A stretch of DNA of 64,000 nt from Candidatus Saccharimonadota bacterium (GTDB lineage Bacteria > Patescibacteriota > Saccharimonadia > Saccharimonadales > CAIOMD01): assembly GCA_031973215.1 (NCBI GenBank), contig DALYDK010000004.1, positions 12,019 to 76,018 of the forward strand, written 5' to 3'. The notes under the pieces are model-generated. The model was not told where the DNA came from. It made no database searches and saw only the letters and a list, made by a program, of their open reading frames with translations. The position numbers and the translations under genes are program-made. Positions 10,215 through 20,419 of this stretch are shown here, in pieces (position 1 is the stretch's first letter; each line of letters starts with the position of its first letter).

Positions 10215-10940
10215 TTAAACCTCTACACTATCTGCGATTTCGAAGTTAGTATGAGTAGATACGACGTCTTCCATTTCTTCTATGGCATCAATTAAATTCA
10301 TAGCCTTGCGCGCAGTCTCTGAATCGGAAATTTCTATAACGCTATTCGGCACAAAAGTTAGCTCTGCCTCAAGAAGCTCTATATTGGCTTTAGTAAGATT
10401 ATCTCTTACTTTTGCTAGTTCTTTTGGATCGGTGTAAACCTGAATCTCATTATCGTCTTCTACGGCATCTTCTGCACCGGCATCTAGAATGGTTAAAATT
10501 AAATCGTCACCGCTTCCTTTAACTCTAATGCTTCCTTTTCTGCTGAATTGAAATGATACCGCTCCACTTTCGGCAATATTTCCGCCTTTTTTATTGAAAA
10601 CATTTCTTACTTCTGGGTAGGTTCTATTTAAGTTATCTGTAGCACATTCAACAAGTATTCCTATTCCTCCGGGACCATAGCCTTCATACATAACCTCCTG
10701 AAGCTGAGCAGCAGATTTGTCTGCAGCTCTTGCTATAGCGCGATCAATATTTGCATTCGGCATGTTAGAGGCTTTGGCCTTTTCTATTGCCATAGCTAAA
10801 CTAGGGTTAGTAGTAGGATCGGTGCCCTTTTTTGCCGCTACGGCAATTAAGTTACCAATTCTAGTGAATACAGCACCTCGTTTGGCATCATTAGCTGCTT
10901 TCTGTCTTTTAATTGTTGACCACTTTGAATGTCCAGACAT
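10215..10940 (-). CDS. YebC/PmpR family DNA-binding transcriptional regulator
   Basis: MSGHSKWSTIKRQKA..DAKRG..F signature N-terminus. Confidence 0.95.
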   Translation of the reverse strand: MSGHSKWSTIKRQKAANDAKRGAVFTRIGNLIAVAAKKGTDPTTNPSLAMAIEKAKASNMPNANIDRAIARAADKSAAQLQEVMYEGYGPGGIGILVECATDNLNRTYPEVRNVFNKKGGNIAESGAVSFQFSRKGSIRVKGSGDDLILTILDAGAEDAVEDDNEIQVYTDPKELAKVRDNLTKANIELLEAELTFVPNSVIEISDSETARKAMNLIDAIEEMEDVVSTHTNFEIADSVEV

Positions 10941-10971
10941 ATAAAAACCTCATATTTTAATAATTCTTTAT

Positions 10972-12369
10972 TTATATTTTAACAGATTGGAGTCTCTTTC
11001 TGAGGCCAATGTAAAATATTAATATAGAACCATAAATAAGTAGCATAGAAGTAAAGCCAACGGAAACAAGTTTGTAAGCACCTGGAACTGTTGCTAGCTT
11101 TTCAGTAATTAATATCATAAGGTTCAATAGCAGCCTGGCTGGAATTGCCAAATACGCTGATAGGTTTGGCAAAATAGCTCCAATCAATCCTGCTATAAAT
11201 GAAAAAAACATAGCTAAAGGAACAAGTGGCACGATGATTATATTTGCTATTATTCCAATTAAAGAAACTCTGCCAAAAATCATCATAATTAGTGGAGTTG
11301 TCATAACCTGAGCCGAAAATGATTCGACGGCCATAGATGCAAAACCGTTATTATTTTTTATTCTAAACAAACGAATTAATATGGGTGCAATAATTAAAAT
11401 TCCAACAAAGGCCAAGAAAGACAGGTACCAACCAATATCGGACCAAATATAGTATGGGTTATAAAAAGCCGTTATCGATGCTACCAATAGAATGAGTAGA
11501 GCTGGTCTAATTTTTCTTCCAAAATACCAAGCAGTCAAGCTTAAAAATGAAACAAGCGATGCTCTAACTATTGATGGAGAAAATCCACTAATTAATATAA
11601 AACCGTATATTAGCACTAAAGAAATAAATAACAATTGAAACCTAGAAAGCTTAGAGCCAATTCGTCTGACAAAATTAACAATTATCGTTAAGTTATATCC
11701 ACTAACAGCAACAATATGGACAAGCCCGACAATTGTTAAAGCTTCCATTAAATATTCCGGCAACAAGCTTCTTTGACCTACTAAAATGCCTATAGCAAAG
11801 CTTGCAGCCGGTTCCGGCAAAGAAGTTTCAATGCCAATAATAAACTTAGTTCGAATATTATCAATTAGCGAATTGGTAGTAGCAATTGCATTAATATCAG
11901 CATAAGACATTGAAGCCTGTCTACTGCCGACACTCGGATATAGTTTTCCAGTAGCCTCAACTAGGTCGTAACGATAAACCGCCGGGGAACCAAATCCCTT
12001 AATTTTTACTTTTCCGGGGATGCTTTTGCCGTCAACTTTAACTGAACCAACAGTAAATTCCAGTTGAGAACTATCAGAATAAAAACCATCCTCAGAAGCA
12101 ATGCCGGTGATTGTTACTTTTTTATAGTAAAAATCTTGATAACTAAGGTTTTGCTGTTGTAGTAAACCTCCCCTGTACAGACCACCCGCAAAAGCCGCTA
12201 AACAAACGGTAAATATAAATGCTGTTTTAAATCTGTAAAAAATTACAGCAAGCAGTGAAAATATAAGGAAATAATATATACTAATAGGTTCAAAATATTT
12301 AGATATAAAAAGACCAAAAAGTAAAAAAATACAGATAAAAATTAATGTGTTTGTTTTTGTCAGAGCCAT
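10972..12369 (-). CDS. comEC: ComEC/Rec2 family competence membrane protein (no metallo-beta-lactamase domain)
   Basis: Polytopic membrane protein with an OB-like periplasmic insert and the Competence-domain pattern (HIVAVSGYNL, SGFSPSIVRA). Confidence 0.8.
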   Translation of the reverse strand: MALTKTNTLIFICIFLLFGLFISKYFEPISIYYFLIFSLLAVIFYRFKTAFIFTVCLAAFAGGLYRGGLLQQQNLSYQDFYYKKVTITGIASEDGFYSDSSQLEFTVGSVKVDGKSIPGKVKIKGFGSPAVYRYDLVEATGKLYPSVGSRQASMSYADINAIATTNSLIDNIRTKFIIGIETSLPEPAASFAIGILVGQRSLLPEYLMEALTIVGLVHIVAVSGYNLTIIVNFVRRIGSKLSRFQLLFISLVLIYGFILISGFSPSIVRASLVSFLSLTAWYFGRKIRPALLILLVASITAFYNPYYIWSDIGWYLSFLAFVGILIIAPILIRLFRIKNNNGFASMAVESFSAQVMTTPLIMMIFGRVSLIGIIANIIIVPLVPLAMFFSFIAGLIGAILPNLSAYLAIPARLLLNLMILITEKLATVPGAYKLVSVGFTSMLLIYGSILIFYIGLRKRLQSVKI

Positions 12370-12463
12370 ATCTAGTTATTACTAAATATAAACTAAAGAA
12401 GGCAACATTTACAATTTTACTTGTTCGTGATATATTAACCCCTGTTGTTTTAATAAAACATAT

Positions 12464-12540
12464 GGGCCCATAGCTCAGCCGGTTAGAGCACCTGCCTTTT
12501 AAGCAGGGTGTCGTGGGTTCGAGCCCCACTGGGCCCTCCA
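12464..12540 (+). tRNA. tRNA-Lys (anticodon TTT), CCA encoded
   Basis: Hand-folded cloverleaf: GGGCCCA/TGGGCCC acceptor, GCTC/GAGC D stem, CCTGC-CTTTTAA-GCAGG anticodon arm, GTGGG-TTCGAGC-CCCAC T arm. 77 nt. Confidence 0.92.
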
Positions 12541-12548
12541 ATAAAAAA

Positions 12549-12573
12549 GTTCCAGTACTTCTGGAGCTTTTTT
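12549..12573. terminator. bidirectional rho-independent terminator
   Basis: GTTCCAG-TACTT-CTGGAGC hairpin flanked by an A-run and a T-run, between tRNA-Lys (+) and the convergent gene ending at 12572 (-). Confidence 0.6.
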
Positions 12574-13069
12574 ATTTGTGCTTTTTATCGTGCTTAGAAA
12601 TATGAACGCTTTTATGAAAAACAAAATAAAAAAGCGAGCCTAGTAATCCTGTAACTACTGCTACGCCTATAAAATTATCTAAAGTCTGATACAAACTAAG
12701 ATTTTCGATTGTGTTTTTTTGATCATATGAAAGCTTTGAAACTACTAAAAATGTAGCCACGAGCGATGCAGACGCCCCTACGACTATATTAAATATTAAG
12801 TCTTTAGGCTTAGATGTTTTTCTGTACAGAAAAAGCACCAGTGCTGAACCAAAAATTAATATAAATATTTGAACAATGCTGTACATTGGTAGAGACAAAC
12901 CGGTGAATATTGAATTTAAAAATTTTGTCGTTTCAACAGATACTTGTTTTGACGCCAACTCACCTGCAATCAGCAATAAATATCCATAAACCGCGTTCGA
13001 CCTAAATGCCAGCGGTACAAATAAAAACAAAAATGCCGATAAACCTAAAATAACGTATAAACTTATCAT
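12572..13069 (-). CDS. hypothetical polytopic membrane protein
   Basis: Four or five hydrophobic helices; no recognisable family. Confidence 0.5.
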   Translation of the reverse strand: MISLYVILGLSAFLFLFVPLAFRSNAVYGYLLLIAGELASKQVSVETTKFLNSIFTGLSLPMYSIVQIFILIFGSALVLFLYRKTSKPKDLIFNIVVGASASLVATFLVVSKLSYDQKNTIENLSLYQTLDNFIGVAVVTGLLGSLFYFVFHKSVHISKHDKKHK

Positions 13070-13093
13070 TTATAAATTAAGCATAACATTTAT

Positions 13094-13570
13094 TTATTGA
13101 ATATCTTGAAATATATCACCCATTTTTATTCCATATTTTTTTACTACACCTGAATTTAGTTCCAATATATACTTAGATTTTTGTTCTATTTGAAAGATCT
13201 CTGGATATGATTCTGGACTCAAGCCTTCCTTTATACCAACTACCTTTGCGTTATCGTCTAGCCAAATTACATCAATTGAAAAATTCATATCTTTCATCCA
13301 AATTTTCCAATTACCAGATGTATCATATACAAACAACATTCCTTGGTTGGATGGTAAAAACTTACTTCCAGAAAGACCCTTTTCTTTGTCTTTTTCGGAA
13401 GTTAATTTTTCAATAAATATTATATTACCGTTAACAGTAATACTATCAAGTTGATGACCGCCTTTATACAAAGCAATCAGCAATAAAATAGACAAACCAA
13501 AAAACAAACTAAAAATAATGTATCTTTTTTTAGGCACCAATTTTGTCTTTTTTATGTCTTTGTTTGGCAT
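13094..13570 (-). CDS. DUF192 domain protein (signal-anchored)
   Basis: GMLFVY...W.KDM.FSIDVIWLD pattern of DUF192. Confidence 0.7.
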   Translation of the reverse strand: MPNKDIKKTKLVPKKRYIIFSLFFGLSILLLIALYKGGHQLDSITVNGNIIFIEKLTSEKDKEKGLSGSKFLPSNQGMLFVYDTSGNWKIWMKDMNFSIDVIWLDDNAKVVGIKEGLSPESYPEIFQIEQKSKYILELNSGVVKKYGIKMGDIFQDIQ

Positions 13571-14432
13571 TTCTTTCTATGTATTCAATTATTTTCGTTG
13601 CTACATCCCTGTTTGTTATTTTCTCTATTCCAAACCCGGGGCTGGAATTAACCTCAAGCACCAGCGGACCTCTTGAACTTCTCATCATATCTACGCCACA
13701 CACAGGCAAATTCATTGATTTCGCCGCTCGGACTGCTGTCTTAATTTCTTCGTCTGTTAGCTTAACGGCCTTGCCCTCACCACCCTGGTGTAAATTTGAT
13801 CTGAAATCATCATCTAGGCTCTGCCTTTTGTAACTGGCAACGACTCTTTTACCTACTACAAATGCTCTGATGTCCGTTCCTGCAGATTCTTTTATAAATT
13901 CTTGAACTAAAAAGTTCACACCTTCAACATAAAACGCCTGCATTACAGCTTGGGCTGCTTTTTTGGTTTCTGCTAATACAACACCATTTCCGTGAGTACC
14001 CCTAGCAACTTTAATAATTAGCGGGGTACCGCCGGCTTGCTCTATAACATCATCAAAATCTGCAGTATCTCTTGCAAACACAGTCTTAGGAACTCCTACT
14101 CCTGCTTTTGCTAGTAGTTGGTAGGCACGCAGTTTATCGCGTGAACGGTTTATAGCTATTGAACTAGCTGTAGTATATGTGCCCTGCATTTCAAATTGCC
14201 TAACAACTGCTGTACCATATTTTGTATAGCTTTGAGCAATTCTAGGTATCATGACATCAAATTTTTCTAACGGCTCTCCCTTGTAGTGCACAACCGGGTT
14301 ATTTTTTTCTACGCCAATATAACATTTAGCGTAGTTAATAATTTTGACTTCATGCCCTCTTTCTAGAGCAACTTCTTTAAGCCTCTTAGTGGAATAGTTC
14401 TTTGATCCTTTTGATAAAATTGCAATCTTCAT
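13530..14432 (-). CDS. rimK: RimK family ATP-grasp alpha-L-glutamate ligase
   Basis: MKIAILS...YSTKRL, ATP-grasp core (PLIIK...GTHG.GV, EFI.E..G.DIRAFVVG), LEVNSSPG. Confidence 0.9.
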   Translation of the reverse strand: MKIAILSKGSKNYSTKRLKEVALERGHEVKIINYAKCYIGVEKNNPVVHYKGEPLEKFDVMIPRIAQSYTKYGTAVVRQFEMQGTYTTASSIAINRSRDKLRAYQLLAKAGVGVPKTVFARDTADFDDVIEQAGGTPLIIKVARGTHGNGVVLAETKKAAQAVMQAFYVEGVNFLVQEFIKESAGTDIRAFVVGKRVVASYKRQSLDDDFRSNLHQGGEGKAVKLTDEEIKTAVRAAKSMNLPVCGVDMMRSSRGPLVLEVNSSPGFGIEKITNRDVATKIIEYIERNAKQRHKKDKIGA

Positions 14433-14441
14433 AATATATCC

Positions 14442-14834
14442 TTAATCTGATGGGTCTACCAGAAATTTTCCTCTTAAAAATTTTCTGCCAATAATTACTT
14501 CGTAGTTCATACTAGATCTGTCGGTGAGAGAGATTTTAATTTTCCTTTTACTGCCTTTTATTCTGACAAAAGTATTAATAAAAAACCTCTGCTGCTTTTC
14601 ACCATTAGAACTTTTAACATATTTAACTGAAAAGTTATCATTCCAAATAGTTTTTTTACTGTTAAATGGCTTAAAGCTAAGGTGATACTTCCCGTGCCTG
14701 TTAATGATTTTAATATTAGATGCATGGAGCGCACCGCTATCTGCGCCGGTATCAATTTTGGCCAGCACATATTCATCGCTAAGTTCTGGGAACTTAACTT
14801 TTTCATAAATTTTAAGCGTAGGTAATTTATTCAT
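14442..14834 (-). CDS. retropepsin-like aspartic protease (PF05618 / RimB-like partner of RimK)
   Basis: AKIDTGADSGALHA active-site-like motif. Lies immediately upstream of rimK. Confidence 0.7.
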   Translation of the reverse strand: MNKLPTLKIYEKVKFPELSDEYVLAKIDTGADSGALHASNIKIINRHGKYHLSFKPFNSKKTIWNDNFSVKYVKSSNGEKQQRFFINTFVRIKGSKRKIKISLTDRSSMNYEVIIGRKFLRGKFLVDPSD

Positions 14835-15011
14835 GAAGATTTAGGCTTAGAATAGCACATTAAATTGTATAAAAACATCTTATACTATATCATTTTTTTT
14901 AATATTTGTAAATATTATTGGTTGGCTTTAACTACTCTTAAGAAGACTAAGCCAATAACTGCAAATACAATTAATAAAATCATGATTATCATGGTAATAA
15001 AACCTTGTTGG

Positions 15012-15623
15012 CTATTCCTCTTCATAAACAACTCTGTCTTTAGACTTTATGAGAAAACGGTCAATTAAGCGCCAAAAATTTGTCTCACTATGTTTATTTA
15101 CATCTATTTCTGGATGAAATTGAGTGGCAAATAAATTTTTATGCTTATGATGGATAATCTCTACTCCGTCATCACTTTCTGCTAAAACAGAAAAGCCCGT
15201 TCCATCTAGCTCATCTACGACCCATGCATGTCGCTCATGAACAAACAGGTCTCCATGGCCTAGTATTTCATGACCTATATGGTTAAGTTTGACTGGTATA
15301 TTTTTATGTTGAAGATTATTTAATTTTTTTAAACTTCCGCCCATGGCGTAGGCCATCATCTGAAGACCAAGGCATATACCAAATATTGGTACTTTGGAAT
15401 TTCTAATGAGTTCAAATTCTTGCTCGTAGTAATGCCGACCGTTCAGTTCATCTACAACTTCTTGTTTCATGCCACCAGAAAGAATAATTAAGTCGGTATT
15501 TTTCGGAACGAATATTTTTTTGTTAGGAACATAATCGTAAATTGAATATGTATGGTCCTTAGATATTTTTAAGACTATATTCTCTAAATACTGACTACCA
15601 TTGTTAATAATAAATATATTCAA
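15012..15623 (-). CDS. class I glutamine amidotransferase (GuaA N-terminal-like)
   Basis: NNGSQY, GICLGLQMM (nucleophile Cys) and FHPE (His-Glu) motifs. Confidence 0.75.
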   Translation of the reverse strand: MNIFIINNGSQYLENIVLKISKDHTYSIYDYVPNKKIFVPKNTDLIILSGGMKQEVVDELNGRHYYEQEFELIRNSKVPIFGICLGLQMMAYAMGGSLKKLNNLQHKNIPVKLNHIGHEILGHGDLFVHERHAWVVDELDGTGFSVLAESDDGVEIIHHKHKNLFATQFHPEIDVNKHSETNFWRLIDRFLIKSKDRVVYEEE

Positions 15624-15670
15624 TTTATTCCTTTATTTGTTTGATCTATCAATAAATATTTTATCAAAAA

Positions 15671-16762
15671 TTAGCTGAAGAATCTTTTTTTACTAGGTTC
15701 TTCTTGAAATTGCTCTAGTAGCTCTTTCTGCTTTTTAGTAAGTTTGGTTGGTGTTTCTACAATAACTGTGACTATATGCGGACCTCTATGGCTGCTTTTT
15801 GGATGAGCTACACCATGACCAGAAAGTTTAAAATCTGTTCCGCTCTGCGTGCCGGGAGGAATTTTCATAATTACTTTTCCGTCTACTGTTTCTACTGATT
15901 TTTCTCCACCTAAAGCAGCAGTAACCATATCTATTTTCTCGTGGCTTAAAATTATATCTCCTTCTCTTGTGAAATGTTTGTGAGGTTTAACTCTAATGTG
16001 TATATACAAATCACCCTTAGGTCCATTAACAATTGATTCGCCGTATTCGCGAAGCCTAATTGTGGCGCCATCATCAATGCCGGCAGGAATTTTTAAGTCT
16101 ACCTTTTTTTGTATGCGCTTTACTCCCTTGCCATTACAAACTGAACAAGGTTTTTCGGGAATCTTACCAGAACCATGGCACGTTGGACAACTCTGAGCCT
16201 GTTGAATATTACCCAAGATGGTTCTAACGGAGGTTACTACCTGACCGGAGCCTTTACACGTATCACATGTTTTTAATTCGTAACCCGGCTCTGCACCGCT
16301 ACCCTTGCAGTGTTCACAATCGGAATCTACATTTAGTTTTATGTCTTTCTCAACACCAAAAACAGCTTCTTCAAAACTTAAATCAAGGACGGTTTCTATG
16401 TCTCTACCACGCCTTGACCTAGGCCTGCCTCCTCCAAAAAAACTACCGAATATATCACCGAACCCACCGTCGCCAAAGTCAAAATTAACATTTTGTCCAT
16501 TAAAATTAAATCCTTCAAATGGATTACCACCGGCTCCTGAGTTTCCGCCAACACCCGCATGACCAAACTGATCATACCTTTGTCGTTTTTCTGAATCTTT
16601 CAGTACTTCATAGGCTTCGTTTATTTCTTTGAACTTACTTTCATCACCACCTTCTTTGTCGGGGTGGTGTTGGACGGCAAGCCTTCTGAATGCTTTTTTA
16701 ATTTCATCTGCAGAAGCATCTTTTGAAACACCTAGGATTTCATAGTAATCTCTTTTTGTCAT
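15671..16762 (-). CDS. dnaJ: molecular chaperone DnaJ
   Basis: J domain with HPD, Gly-rich linker, four CxxCxGxG zinc motifs. Confidence 0.95.
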   Translation of the reverse strand: MTKRDYYEILGVSKDASADEIKKAFRRLAVQHHPDKEGGDESKFKEINEAYEVLKDSEKRQRYDQFGHAGVGGNSGAGGNPFEGFNFNGQNVNFDFGDGGFGDIFGSFFGGGRPRSRRGRDIETVLDLSFEEAVFGVEKDIKLNVDSDCEHCKGSGAEPGYELKTCDTCKGSGQVVTSVRTILGNIQQAQSCPTCHGSGKIPEKPCSVCNGKGVKRIQKKVDLKIPAGIDDGATIRLREYGESIVNGPKGDLYIHIRVKPHKHFTREGDIILSHEKIDMVTAALGGEKSVETVDGKVIMKIPPGTQSGTDFKLSGHGVAHPKSSHRGPHIVTVIVETPTKLTKKQKELLEQFQEEPSKKRFFS

Positions 16763-16765
16763 GAT

Positions 16766-17197
16766 TTATATAATACTCCCTTTGTACTGCAATGATCGAA
16801 TCTGCATTTGCATATTATAGTAACGATTATCACCTTCTAAGTAGCTATCTCCGTCTATTTTAAAACCAAGCTTTTCATAAAACTGACAGTTAGTCACCAA
16901 GCATCTTAGTGTTAGATTATGTAAGTTCATATTGTTAGATTCATTTATTAAATATTCAACTAATGATTTACCTACCCCAGAGTTTCTATGCTTGGGGTCT
17001 GTGACAACTCTAGTAATTTTTCCACTATTATTGAGAACATCTAATCTCGCTGATCCGACTATAACATTATTAATTTCATAGACAATTAAAAGACCCTTAG
17101 TGTCGCCAATTTCTAGAACATTCTTATAATTTTTTAAATAACTTAGACACTCTTTTCGATGCATAAGGATGGCTTCGTAGTCACGGCTACTAGCCAT
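16766..17197 (-). CDS. GNAT family N-acetyltransferase
   Basis: RNSGVGKSLVEYL acetyl-CoA loop. The track start (17242) overlaps the dnaK 3' end; the internal ATG at 17197 (MASSRDYE) is the more plausible start. Confidence 0.7.
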   Translation of the reverse strand: MASSRDYEAILMHRKECLSYLKNYKNVLEIGDTKGLLIVYEINNVIVGSARLDVLNNSGKITRVVTDPKHRNSGVGKSLVEYLINESNNMNLHNLTLRCLVTNCQFYEKLGFKIDGDSYLEGDNRYYNMQMQIRSLQYKGSII

Positions 17198-17216
17198 CCT
17201 TATAAAATTAAATTGA

Positions 17217-19094
17217 CTATTTTTCTGGTTTTTCGTCAACAACTTCGCCTTCTACTGGACCGTCATTTTTTTCTTCACCGGCTGGTGGAGTTGCCTGTTC
17301 ATATAGCTTCGCACCAATTGGCATCAATTTATCATTTAACTCTTTAGCAGCTTTTTCAATATCATCCTTGTTGGTGCTATCTAAATGCTTTTTAGCTTCT
17401 TCAACTGCTTCATCTAGGGCTTTTTTGTCTTCTTCGGACAATTTATCGCCGTTGTCATTTTTGAGTTTTTCTGCCTGGTAAATTGAGTTCTCTAAAGTGT
17501 TTTTAGCATCAACTGCTTCTCTTTTCTTTTTGTCTTCTTCGGCATGTGATTCAGCTTCTTTGGCGGCTTTTTCTACATCTTCCTTAGACAAGTTACCGCT
17601 ACCAGAAATGGTTATACTTTGCTCTTTGCCAGTACCTTTATCTTTAGCAGAAACATTTAAAATGCCGTTAGCATCAATATTAAAGGTTACTTCAATTTGA
17701 GGAATTCCTCTTGGTGCTGGTGCAATACCGTCAAGAATAAACCTTCCCAAGCTCTTATTGTCTGCGGCCATTTCTCTTTCACCTTGAAGGACATGTATTT
17801 CAACTTGTGGCTGATTATCGGCCGCCGTGCTGAAAACCTCGCTTTTACTTGTTGGGACCGTAGTATTTCTGGTAATTAGCTTTGTGCTTACCCCACCCAT
17901 AGTCTCGATACCAAGAGATAGAGGAGTTACATCAAGAAGTAGTACATCTTTTACATCTCCAGCTAAAACACCGCCCTGGATTGCCGCTCCAATAGCAACA
18001 ACTTCATCTGGGTTAACACCTTGCATTGGGTCTTTGCCAAATATTTTTTTAACTTTTTCTTGGACAGCAGGCATTCTTGTCATGCCTCCAACTAAAACTA
18101 CAGCATCAATATCGCTAGTTTTTAGGCCAGCATCTTTAAGTGCTTTTTCACAAGGTATAGCTGTTTTATCAACCAGTTCACCCACTAACTGCTCTAGCTT
18201 AGCTCGAGTTAGTGAAGTTTCGTAGTGCATTGGGCCGTCTGCGTTAGCAGTAAGAAACGGTAAGTTAATATTTACTTCATTTGTTGTACTTAGTTCAATT
18301 TTAGCTTTCTCTGCTTCATCACGAAGTCTTTGCATAGCAGCTTTGTCGTCTGTTAAATCAACTCCGTTTTGCTTTTTAAAATCATCAACAAAGTAATTAA
18401 CAATAACTCTATCAAAATCAGCACCACCCAAATGGGTATCTCCATTTGTGCTTTTTACTTCAAATACTCCGTCACCAAGCTCTAGAACTGAGACATCAAA
18501 AGTACCACCTCCTAGATCATATACAACAATCTTTTCATCGCTGGCTTTCTTGTCTAAACCATAAGCTAATGCAGCAGCTGTTGGTTCGTTGATTATTCTT
18601 TTCACTTCAAGACCTGCAATTTTTCCTGCATCTTTAGTAGCTTGTCTTTGAGAATCATCAAAATATGCTGGGACTGTAATAACTGCTTCTGAAACAGGTT
18701 GACCCAAAAAGCTTTCGGCGTCTGCCTTTAGCTTGCTAAGCACCATAGCACTAAGTTCTTCTGAGCTATATGACTTATCTCCCATTTTTACTTTTACGCC
18801 GTTGCCGGATTTAACAATTTCATAACCTAATAGCTTAATGTCTCTTTGGACTTCTTTATCTTCCCATCTTCTACCAATGAGTCTCTTCATTTCGTAAATA
18901 GTGTTTTTTGGATTGGTCACGGCCTGTCTACGAGCCAATTGGCCTACTAATCTTTCGCCACTTTTATTAACGGCTACCACGCTAGGAGTGGTTCTGCTGC
19001 CTTCTTTGTTGGATATAATTTCGGGCTTCCCACCTTCCATTACCGCCATAGCACTGTTGGTTGTTCCTAAATCTATTCCTATAATTTTTCCCAT
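17217..19094 (-). CDS. dnaK: molecular chaperone DnaK (Hsp70)
   Basis: [17 protein letters not shown] and the full Hsp70 architecture. Confidence 0.97.
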   Translation of the reverse strand: MGKIIGIDLGTTNSAMAVMEGGKPEIISNKEGSRTTPSVVAVNKSGERLVGQLARRQAVTNPKNTIYEMKRLIGRRWEDKEVQRDIKLLGYEIVKSGNGVKVKMGDKSYSSEELSAMVLSKLKADAESFLGQPVSEAVITVPAYFDDSQRQATKDAGKIAGLEVKRIINEPTAAALAYGLDKKASDEKIVVYDLGGGTFDVSVLELGDGVFEVKSTNGDTHLGGADFDRVIVNYFVDDFKKQNGVDLTDDKAAMQRLRDEAEKAKIELSTTNEVNINLPFLTANADGPMHYETSLTRAKLEQLVGELVDKTAIPCEKALKDAGLKTSDIDAVVLVGGMTRMPAVQEKVKKIFGKDPMQGVNPDEVVAIGAAIQGGVLAGDVKDVLLLDVTPLSLGIETMGGVSTKLITRNTTVPTSKSEVFSTAADNQPQVEIHVLQGEREMAADNKSLGRFILDGIAPAPRGIPQIEVTFNIDANGILNVSAKDKGTGKEQSITISGSGNLSKEDVEKAAKEAESHAEEDKKKREAVDAKNTLENSIYQAEKLKNDNGDKLSEEDKKALDEAVEEAKKHLDSTNKDDIEKAAKELNDKLMPIGAKLYEQATPPAGEEKNDGPVEGEVVDEKPEK

Positions 19095-19104
19095 TATAAT
19101 CTCC

Positions 19105-19617
19105 TTATTTCTTAGTTACTCTTACCATTGCTGGTCTTATTATTCTTTCTCCTAATGAAAATCCAGTCTGTAAAACTTCTGCCACTACTTCGGACTGACC
19201 TTGGCTGTCGTCCATTGATACTGCATCATGCAAATTTGGATCGAATTCGTCACCTACTTTGCCGAATTTTACTAATCCAATTTTAGTTAATTCTTTATTA
19301 AGCTGGCTGGCTAAAGTATTTATTCCTTTTACCCATTGATGATCTTTTATATCAGACGGCTCGTGCATTATGGCACGATCAATACTGTCGATAACAGGCA
19401 GAAGCGCGGTAGCCGCCTGTTCTTTGCCGACTAATATTGCATTTAGCCTTTCTTCTTCTGAGCGCCTTTTGTAGTTAATAAACTCTGCCTGGACCCTTTG
19501 AAGATCACTTGTTAAATCGTTTAATAGCTGTTCAACTTCAGACTTTGTAAACAATTCTTCTTGTTTTTTTGTCTTCTTTTGAACCGAATCGTTAGTTGAG
19601 GATTTATTACTCTTCAA
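19105..19617 (-). CDS. grpE: nucleotide exchange factor GrpE
   Basis: Coiled-coil N-terminus and FDP..H.A C-terminal motif; lies between hrcA and dnaK. Confidence 0.9.
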   Translation of the reverse strand: MKSNKSSTNDSVQKKTKKQEELFTKSEVEQLLNDLTSDLQRVQAEFINYKRRSEEERLNAILVGKEQAATALLPVIDSIDRAIMHEPSDIKDHQWVKGINTLASQLNKELTKIGLVKFGKVGDEFDPNLHDAVSMDDSQGQSEVVAEVLQTGFSLGERIIRPAMVRVTKK

Positions 19618-19634
19618 GACTTCACTCCTTCAAT

Positions 19635-20348
19635 TTATAAATTATTTTCAAGTGCCTGACCGGCATACTTAACAAGATTCATAGTTTGCGCATAATTCTG
19701 CCTAGTTGGCCCAACAACCCCTATATAGCTATTATCGCTATATGGGCTGCGGTATTTGCAAACTATTAAACTACAACCACTGCTCTTACCAACTGGATTT
19801 TCAGAACCTATGTAAACACTAAGTGGTTTGTTTGGGGCTGCCTCATACAACCATGGCTCCAAATTGTCTAACAATGAAGCGACTTGTTGGACAGCGTTGC
19901 CGGCGGCAAATTCTGGTTGCATAAACAAATTAGCTATTCCACTCATATAAAGCTGATCACCAATAGTACCAATAGCTAAATTCCTTGTAATTTCAACCAA
20001 GCTATCTACGGCTGACTTAATAGTTTTTGAAGCCATTCCAGCAGACCTAATACGAGCATCGATCGCTCTCGCACTGCGATCCATGAGTGACATATTATTT
20101 TCGCTGGCATCAGCAAAGTCAGATACTTTATTTACATAATATCTATAGCCTTTGTCAGTTGGAATTCTGCCGGCTGAAGTATAAGGCTGTTCAATGTAGC
20201 CCATTTCTTCTAATCTAGCCATTTCAGACCTTATTGTTGCCGACGAAACGCCGAAAAGTTTTGCAAGTAGCAAAGAACCAACAGGTGCTGCAATTTCTGC
20301 ATACTGCTCAACTATTGATCGTAATATTTGCTCTTGTCTTTCAGTCAT
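19635..20348 (-). CDS. hrcA: heat-inducible transcription repressor HrcA (short form, 237 aa)
   Basis: LTERQ..IL..IV..Y...PVGS...SSATIR.EMA.LEE.GY...P.TS.GR.PT.KGYR.YV N-terminus. A CIRCE operator lies upstream. Confidence 0.9.
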   Translation of the reverse strand: MTERQEQILRSIVEQYAEIAAPVGSLLLAKLFGVSSATIRSEMARLEEMGYIEQPYTSAGRIPTDKGYRYYVNKVSDFADASENNMSLMDRSARAIDARIRSAGMASKTIKSAVDSLVEITRNLAIGTIGDQLYMSGIANLFMQPEFAAGNAVQQVASLLDNLEPWLYEAAPNKPLSVYIGSENPVGKSSGCSLIVCKYRSPYSDNSYIGVVGPTRQNYAQTMNLVKYAGQALENNL

Positions 20349-20380
20349 TATATTAAATAAAGTGCTTAGTTAACACTACT

Positions 20381-20410
20381 ATGATAGATTAATTAGCACT
20401 CTAATGTCAA
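20381..20410 (-). promoter_or_regulatory. promoter of the hrcA-grpE-dnaK operon
   Basis: On the minus strand: TTGACA (20410-20405), 18-nt spacer, TATCAT (20386-20381). The -35 box lies inside the CIRCE spacer. Confidence 0.6.
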
Positions 20411-20419
20411 GAGTGCTAA
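20393..20419. promoter_or_regulatory. CIRCE operator (HrcA binding site)
   Basis: Perfect consensus TTAGCACTC-N9-GAGTGCTAA. Confidence 0.95.

Noticed and set aside
12299-12541. 80-aa minus-strand ORF in the track.
   Set aside because: It is antisense to and overlaps tRNA-Lys, and its G+C-rich part is simply the tRNA complement.
17497-19155. Several plus-strand ORFs antisense to dnaK. There are similar antisense ORFs inside ftsH (25572-26418), lepA (22898-23119), the kef-type gene (47089-48645) and others.
   Set aside because: They lie wholly within strongly supported genes on the opposite strand, have low-complexity translations, and lack RBSs.
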